IMG/VR virus record: IMGVR_UViG_3300045988_098498
Strand: one strand, 5' to 3'
DNA: 42,659 nt
Source: a virus
In this document: positions 38,666 through 42,659 of the stretch, in pieces
Position numbering within the stretch: the stretch's first letter is position 1
How the letters are laid out: the number at the start of each line of letters is the position of its first letter
Notes under the pieces: generated by a model
What the model saw: only the letters and a program-made list of their open reading frames with translations
Told to the model about the DNA's origin: nothing
Database searches by the model: none
Program-made: the position numbers and the translations under genes

Positions 38666-39139
38666 TTATAAATTGTTGATTTTCATCACAGCCAGCTGCG
38701 GAATAAAATAGATCATATAATTATCCACAGCAACATACTGCCCGTATTTGGAACGGTAGCAGTCGATCACGTCTGCCAGATAATCATCCGGTACATCCAG
38801 ATGCTCAGCCATCTCATGTAGATTCCGGCAGCAGGCTTTGTAGGCTTCAATGATACCGATCAGCCCCACGCGGAGATTATAGCCATAGAGCCGGGCGCGG
38901 TATTCCTGTTTCCGGTTCATGGTGTCGCTCTGATCCAGGATGTTTCCGGTAGTGGTGCAGTGATGCCCGATCTCTTCGGCCAGCACACAGGACTTCTCGG
39001 CCTGGGTAGGAAGAGAACGATTGATAGCAATTCGGTTTTTATATAACCGGCCGCCGTAACCAGGAATATTTTTTTCTTTAACAACTAGATTTTTTGAGTC
39101 GGATAAAGTCAATAATTCTTCGTAAGTCAACAGGATCAC
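38666..39139 (-). CDS. ImmA/IrrE-family metallopeptidase-like protein (variant motif EEIGHH)
   Basis: VLAEEIGHH sits where the family has HExxH, so the first His appears replaced by Glu. The lysogeny-module context fits. The start is either GTG 39139 (adjacent to AAAGGAG) or TTG 39130. Confidence 0.6.
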   Translation of the reverse strand: MILLTYEELLTLSDSKNLVVKEKNIPGYGGRLYKNRIAINRSLPTQAEKSCVLAEEIGHHCTTTGNILDQSDTMNRKQEYRARLYGYNLRVGLIGIIEAYKACCRNLHEMAEHLDVPDDYLADVIDCYRSKYGQYVAVDNYMIYFIPQLAVMKINNL

Positions 39140-39175
39140 TCCTTTACGAATTTTTAGTAAGAAGTTTATGTAAAC

Positions 39176-40231
39176 TTAAATATCTTTATGGCAACATTTT
39201 TTACAAGGTTGCAATCCTTGTTTTTGAGCATCGGAAAGTTCCAACTCAATAGGATTTTTTATGCCACAACAATGTTGATCCATATGATATTTATTGCTTT
39301 GGGACGAAATCCAGACAGGAGTTCGTTGAATTATATTTATGTTTAATATCTGACCAAGATAAGTTATATCTTCGGGATACATAGAACAGTGGCGACTTAG
39401 TTGCAGATTTAGAGCTTCACTTAAATGTTCAAATGGTTGCCGGTATCTTAACATATTTAACAGAAATAGTAATTGACTAAAACCATGAAGATTGTTTGTC
39501 TCGGCAGGAGGACGTAGCCTGCTACTGCATTCATGATTATATATTCGACCACCATGTGCTGACAAATTTCGATATTCAATACAGATAAACAAGGTGTCCA
39601 TCATTAAGGAAATAAGTGCAGTATCAGGAATGTTAAAAGTATTGGTATCATACATTTTCTGTGCAAGGGCGAGCTGTTCTTCGTGTTTAAATAAATTTAT
39701 AAAATTTACAATAGTGCTAAAATACACGCTTTTAAATAGAATCCAGGGCGGTACTACACCATATTTTTGAGAGTAATGTGCAATAGGATTCTTGTCAGTG
39801 TTTAAAGTTTTTTTCAATGTATCAAGGATTGCAGGTAAAGTAAAACGTTGCTTTCTTTTCTTTTTGTTGACGTAATTACGGTATTGAAGATAATTGTCTT
39901 GATTTGTTCCGTATTTATAAGCGATAACATCGGCAGCGGCCTCTTTAACGTATTCTTCTAAGTCGAGCATGGAAGCCATAACTGCATTTCTAAGGTTTTT
40001 GTCCAGTATATATAAAGACTGAATCTGTTCAAAAGTAACACCTGATCGATATCTTTTAGAACCTTCAGACATAATCGTGTAAGGATCACGATAACTTTTA
40101 ATTAAATTTGAATAGCCATATAATGCAAGTTCAGAACGGGCAAAATCGAGACTATTAATAATCAGTCCTTGCTTTTTTAATTTTTCAATCTGTTCATCTA
40201 CTGTTGCGTAGAAAATGGTATCTTTATCCAT
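39176..40231 (-). CDS. Abi_2-family (AbiD/AbiF-like) abortive infection protein with a C-terminal Cys/His-rich tail
   Basis: ATG 40231 follows GGAGGA. The pattern QIEKLKKQGLII...ARSELALYGYSNLIKSY...TFEQIQSLYILDKNLRNAV...PPWILFKSVYFSTIVNF...IEYRNLSAHGGRIYN follows the Abi_2 (PF07751) pattern. The tail is KYHMDQHCCGIKNP...QPCKKCCH. Confidence 0.8.
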   Translation of the reverse strand: MDKDTIFYATVDEQIEKLKKQGLIINSLDFARSELALYGYSNLIKSYRDPYTIMSEGSKRYRSGVTFEQIQSLYILDKNLRNAVMASMLDLEEYVKEAAADVIAYKYGTNQDNYLQYRNYVNKKKRKQRFTLPAILDTLKKTLNTDKNPIAHYSQKYGVVPPWILFKSVYFSTIVNFINLFKHEEQLALAQKMYDTNTFNIPDTALISLMMDTLFICIEYRNLSAHGGRIYNHECSSRLRPPAETNNLHGFSQLLFLLNMLRYRQPFEHLSEALNLQLSRHCSMYPEDITYLGQILNINIIQRTPVWISSQSNKYHMDQHCCGIKNPIELELSDAQKQGLQPCKKCCHKDI

Positions 40232-40254
40232 AAGTATCCTCCAAAATAATGCAA

Positions 40255-40287
40255 AAAGAGCTCTGGAATACAATTCCAAAGCTCTTT
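40255..40287 (-). terminator. Intrinsic terminator lying between the abi promoter and the abi RBS
   Basis: 14-bp stem (40255-40268 / 40274-40287). The single plus-strand mismatch becomes a G-U pair in the minus-strand RNA. A U-run leads into the GGAGGA of abi. Confidence 0.6.
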
Positions 40288-40307
40288 CGCGACCGCCCAG
40301 CAGTCAT

Positions 40308-40350
40308 TCACTAATTAGTGACATTATAACATATGCAAAAGCTTTGTCAA
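40308..40350 (-). promoter_or_regulatory. Consensus promoter plus 14-bp palindromic operator for abi
   Basis: rc TTGACA (40345-40350), 16 nt, rc TGTTATAAT (40323-40331). The perfect palindrome TCACTAATTAGTGA (40308-40321) sits at the predicted transcription start. Confidence 0.6.
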
Positions 40351-40395
40351 GTATTCAATACTAAAAAAATATTGATATATTTTATTTAAGAATGT

Positions 40396-40707
40396 TTACG
40401 TCCATTCTTTATCGTCCATCATAATATCATCCGCATGTTTCTTTTCTTCCTCAGTCGGGTTAAAAGCATGAGCGGCGTTGGGGATGAGAGCTTCCTCCAT
40501 CTGCTGGGGGGAGAGTGGATTTACAGTGATGATATTATCAGGGGCTTTGGACGGTTCTTCTGATACAGAATCATGCAATTCAATAATGCGGTCATATTCT
40601 TTCTGGAGGACAGTATCGACCATATCTTTACCGTGAGTGTCGAGCTCACGGTATTTTTTTATAAAATCACGATTATCATTAGAAATGAAATCTTCTTTTA
40701 TTGACAT
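40396..40707 (-). CDS. Repressor C-terminal-domain-like protein (103 aa) encoded as a separate ORF
   Basis: FIKKYRELDTHGKDMVDTVLQKEYDR resembles the region that follows the HTH in many Firmicutes XRE/CI-like repressors. Its ATG (40705-40707) lies inside the left 72-bp repeat, in the -1 frame relative to the HTH ORF and overlapping it. Confidence 0.55.
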   Translation of the reverse strand: MSIKEDFISNDNRDFIKKYRELDTHGKDMVDTVLQKEYDRIIELHDSVSEEPSKAPDNIITVNPLSPQQMEEALIPNAAHAFNPTEEEKKHADDIMMDDKEWT

Positions 40708-40767
40708 GTTAAAAACTTAATGGTATATTCGAGATATAAATAGAAGTGAGAGGAGCATCCATGAAAG
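40696..40767. repeat. Left arm of the perfect 72-bp inverted repeat (promoter, SD and ATG facing right)
   Basis: The reverse complement of 40997-41068 is identical base for base. The arm holds TTGACA (40701-40706), 17 nt, TATATT (40724-40729), GAGAGGAG and ATGAAAG. Confidence 0.95.
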
Positions 40768-41003
40768 TTGTGTGCTGGAGAATTAACGTATCCAAAAGTT
40801 TTTAATATATCAGATATATTATAAGCTTTACACATAATGAGAAAAGCATCAGGGCTTGGCTGACTGTTCCCACTTTCCCAGCTGTAAATAGTTTTTTCGG
40901 ATGCTTTAAAGCCTTTGGATTTTAATAAATCAGAAATTTCTTTTACCGACTTTTTGGCATCAACTCTACATTTTTTTAAATTTTCACCAATAGAACCTTT
41001 CAT
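40698..41003 (-). CDS. XRE-family HTH repressor (CI-like), 101 aa; the last ~22 aa are encoded by the inverted repeat
   Basis: ATG 41003 follows GAGGAG. MKGSIGENLKKCRVDAKKSVKEISDLLKSKGFKASEKTIYSWESGNSQPSPDAFLIMCKAYNISDIL is a canonical HTH_XRE domain. Confidence 0.8.
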   Translation of the reverse strand: MKGSIGENLKKCRVDAKKSVKEISDLLKSKGFKASEKTIYSWESGNSQPSPDAFLIMCKAYNISDILKTFGYVNSPAHNFHGCSSHFYLYLEYTIKFLTCQ

Positions 41004-41068
41004 GGATGCTCCTCTCACTTCTATTTATATCTCGAATATACCATTAAGTTTTTAACATGTCAATAAAA
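40997..41068. repeat. Right arm of the perfect 72-bp inverted repeat (promoter, SD and ATG of the repressor, facing left)
   Basis: Identical to the reverse complement of 40696-40767. It drives the XRE ORF. Confidence 0.95.
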
Positions 41069-41069
41069 T

Positions 41070-41148
41070 TTCTAAGAATATTAGAAAAAAGCATTGACAT
41101 TCTGAGAAAAATAGAATATCATACAAACAAGTTCTTAGAAACTTAGAA
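41070..41148 (+). promoter_or_regulatory. cro-side promoter with flanking TTAGAA/TTCTAA operator-like half-sites
   Basis: TTGACA (41094-41099), 17 nt, TATCAT (41117-41122). TTCTAAGAA (41070-41078) and TTCTTAGAA (41132-41140) are reverse complements of each other. Extra TTAGAA copies lie at 41081 and 41143. Confidence 0.5.
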
Positions 41149-41161
41149 AAGAGGTGGAAAA

Positions 41162-41383
41162 ATGGATGGAGCAACAAAAAGAGTTTCTGAGTATATCAGA
41201 CATAAAGGCTTTAACCTGTCAGATATATCAAGAAAAACTCATATTCCGTACATGGCATTGTACGACAGTCTTTTCAATGAAAAAAGAAATCGAGATTTGC
41301 GGGTAGATGAATTTCTGATCCTGTGCAATCACCTTGGTGTTAATCCGATTATTTTTTCAGACGATCAGAGAAAGGCGGTTTAG
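41162..41383 (+). CDS. Cro-like HTH regulator (73 aa)
   Basis: ATG follows AAGAGGTGG. It is divergent from the repressor. HTH-like segment FNLSDISRKTHIPYMALYDSL. Confidence 0.65.
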   Translation: MDGATKRVSEYIRHKGFNLSDISRKTHIPYMALYDSLFNEKRNRDLRVDEFLILCNHLGVNPIIFSDDQRKAV

Positions 41384-41398
41384 ATGGAACGAATAACA

Positions 41399-41436
41399 AA
41401 AAGCTGACAGGAGCGCCGTCCCATCAGCTTTTGCCT
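41399..41436 (+). terminator. Intrinsic terminator after the cro-like gene
   Basis: AAAAGCTGA (41399-41407) pairs with TCAGCTTTT (41424-41432). The T-run continues. Confidence 0.55.
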
Positions 41437-41475
41437 AAATTTGTTCACCCTATGTATTTTGCAGACTGTTCACTT

Positions 41476-41509
41476 AAGCCCCAGTCCATTGCAGAAGCCC
41501 CAGACCATT
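41476..41509. repeat. Two tandem 19-bp-spaced copies of AAGCCCCAG(T/A)CCATT
   Basis: Copies at 41476-41490 and 41495-41509 differ at one base. They lie in a ~440-bp non-coding gap. Confidence 0.7.
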
Positions 41510-41886
41510 ACATACATGTTCAGTCACACCTGCGGCGCCAAGCGTTTCTATGAAATACTTCGCCACTTATGCAGTTTTAGTTCTGCAATTAAGTAAAAAA
41601 GATTAGCAGCCCATTAGTTGACGAATATAAGGGATTTTTTATAAGTATCACGGTTTTTATAGTAGTGTCTCTACTTAATACCTATAAAAAACACTTACCC
41701 AGTTTAAAGTGTCTTGGGAACCACTACGGCAAACCTTATAAAGGGAACAGGGCAAAGTCAAAAGTTTGGCCAAAATAAACCGCTCCTTTCATTGCCCGTA
41801 TTTGGGTTTATGAAAATATTTTAACATTATGTGAAAAATATTTCAATAATCCAGAACATAAAGAATCAGCTTAGGAGGTGAGAGAA

Positions 41887-42063
41887 GTGATAACAGCAGT
41901 TTTTGTTATATCAACAGCGATATGCGCCGTAGGGTGGCTGACTCGAAGCATTTCTTGTGCAGCACTTATCTATTATATTGAAAAAAACGGATACAGACTT
42001 CCGGATAATCAGGATCTGGAAGAATGCACCCGTTTCGCAGCAAAAAAGCTTTTTAAATTATAA
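41887..42063 (+). CDS. Small membrane protein (58 aa)
   Basis: GTG 41887 lies 6 nt after AGGAGGTG (41873-41880). Hydrophobic N-terminus ITAVFVISTAICAVGWL. Confidence 0.5.
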   Translation: MITAVFVISTAICAVGWLTRSISCAALIYYIEKNGYRLPDNQDLEECTRFAAKKLFKL

Positions 42064-42441
42064 GTTCAACTTTTTTAAAACGAGGGATGTTATGACACTA
42101 TTTGCTACATTGGATATTACATCCAAAGACATGGAGCCGATGGTTGTAAAAACAGGTTTTAATTTTTGATTCCATACGGTATCTGACCGAATTTTTTCAA
42201 GAAACTCATGTCCTTGAAAAGTCATATCATAAACTCGAAATGTAATCAACTGGCCAGTAGGTGATCGTTCGTATTGAGCGTTGATATAGCCACCCTCAAA
42301 CAATTTAATGAGGGTATACAAAACTTGTTCACGATCATGTGATGATATAGAGTTTTGAAATTCATCAGCTTTGTACGCACCCATATGAAATGTTTCAAGT
42401 TCAAGTAAAACATCACGTATACAGTCAGGCGTTAATTGCAT
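42058..42441 (-). CDS. DUF2513/YjcQ-like winged-helix protein (127 aa)
   Basis: ATG 42441 follows AAAGGAGAA. The N-terminus MQLTPDCIRDVLLELE matches the DUF2513 pattern as I recall it. Confidence 0.6.
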   Translation of the reverse strand: MQLTPDCIRDVLLELETFHMGAYKADEFQNSISSHDREQVLYTLIKLFEGGYINAQYERSPTGQLITFRVYDMTFQGHEFLEKIRSDTVWNQKLKPVFTTIGSMSLDVISNVANSVITSLVLKKLNL

Positions 42442-42550
42442 GATATTTTCTCCTTTTTGAGATACTCGGGCATGCCAGTGCCCTGTAAGAAAAGAATAGG
42501 AGAGAAACAATAGAAAGTCAATATTTATGTCAGAGCAGGAGGTGAGCGAG

Positions 42551-42659
42551 ATGGTAATAGAAAAAGTCGATAAAACAATCGAAACTTTATGCGAGAGGAT
42601 TCAGAAAGAAGCTGAAACTTCAATATGTATTGAAACTGTACCGGACATAGTAAAAGCCC
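42551..42659 (+). CDS. 5' part of a 51-aa hypothetical ORF that spans the circular junction
   Basis: ATG at 42551 lies 7 nt after AGGAGGTG (42536-42543). The frame continues through the repeat to TAG at 144-146 (MVIEKVDKTIETLCERIQKEAETS...LKKEF). Confidence 0.6.
   Translation, partial: MVIEKVDKTIETLCERIQKEAETSICIETVPDIVKA
42561..42659. repeat. Terminal overlap, copy 2 (identical to 1-99)
   Basis: Read directly, base for base. Confidence 0.95.

Noticed and set aside
41453-41554. 33-codon ATG ORF in the post-cro gap
   Set aside because: It has no SD and overlaps the iteron-like repeats, so it is probably non-coding.
41700-41800. 31-codon TTG ORF on the minus strand preceded by AAAGGAG
   Set aside because: It is very short, has a rare start with 9-nt spacing, and has no supporting context. 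It is noted only as a remote possibility for a small peptide.

Overview
The window is a complete, circularly permuted genome of a temperate siphovirus-like phage or prophage. Bases 1-99 are identical to 42561-42659, which leaves about 42,560 unique bp. Strong AGGAGG-type Shine-Dalgarno sites and Clostridia/Lachnospiraceae-like protein families point to a Firmicutes host. After closing the circle, the layout is as follows. (1) Lysogeny module, 36.6-41.4 kb: large serine integrase, ImmA-like peptidase, Abi_2-family abortive-infection gene, two-ORF XRE repressor and divergent Cro-like gene. (2) Early/replication module, 42.0 kb through the junction to 9.2 kb: HUH rolling-circle Rep, RNase H-like protein, PcfK-like and PcfJ-like proteins, an HTH protein, a NinG/HNH-like protein, several small ORFs, an SPFH/Band-7 protein and a sigma-like late activator. 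(3) A low-GC cassette at 9.2-10.7 kb carrying tRNA-Ile(UAU) and an orphan 399-aa gene. (4) Packaging, head, tail and lysis genes, 10.9-36.6 kb: TerS, TerL, SPP1-type portal, MuF/gp7 head protein, scaffold, major capsid, connectors, major tail protein, G/GT chaperone, tape measure, a 1977-aa tail fibre, holin and a multidomain endolysin. Six things go beyond routine annotation. (a) TerL is fractured by a split intein whose two halves are separated by about 1.2 kb holding a free-standing HNH endonuclease cassette. (b) A perfect 72-bp inverted repeat flanks the HTH-coding part of the repressor, and each arm holds a full promoter, SD and ATG. (c) The low-GC orphan gene next to the tRNA may be a defence or exclusion nuclease. 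(d) The Abi gene has its own consensus promoter, a palindromic operator and a leader terminator. (e) The MuF protein carries a C-terminal toxin-like domain and is followed by a small acidic immunity-like ORF. (f) A perfect 14-bp palindrome, TTGCGCCGGCGCAA, occurs four times. No CRISPR array, rRNA gene or transposase was seen. All family assignments rest on motif recognition by eye and need HMM or BLAST confirmation.
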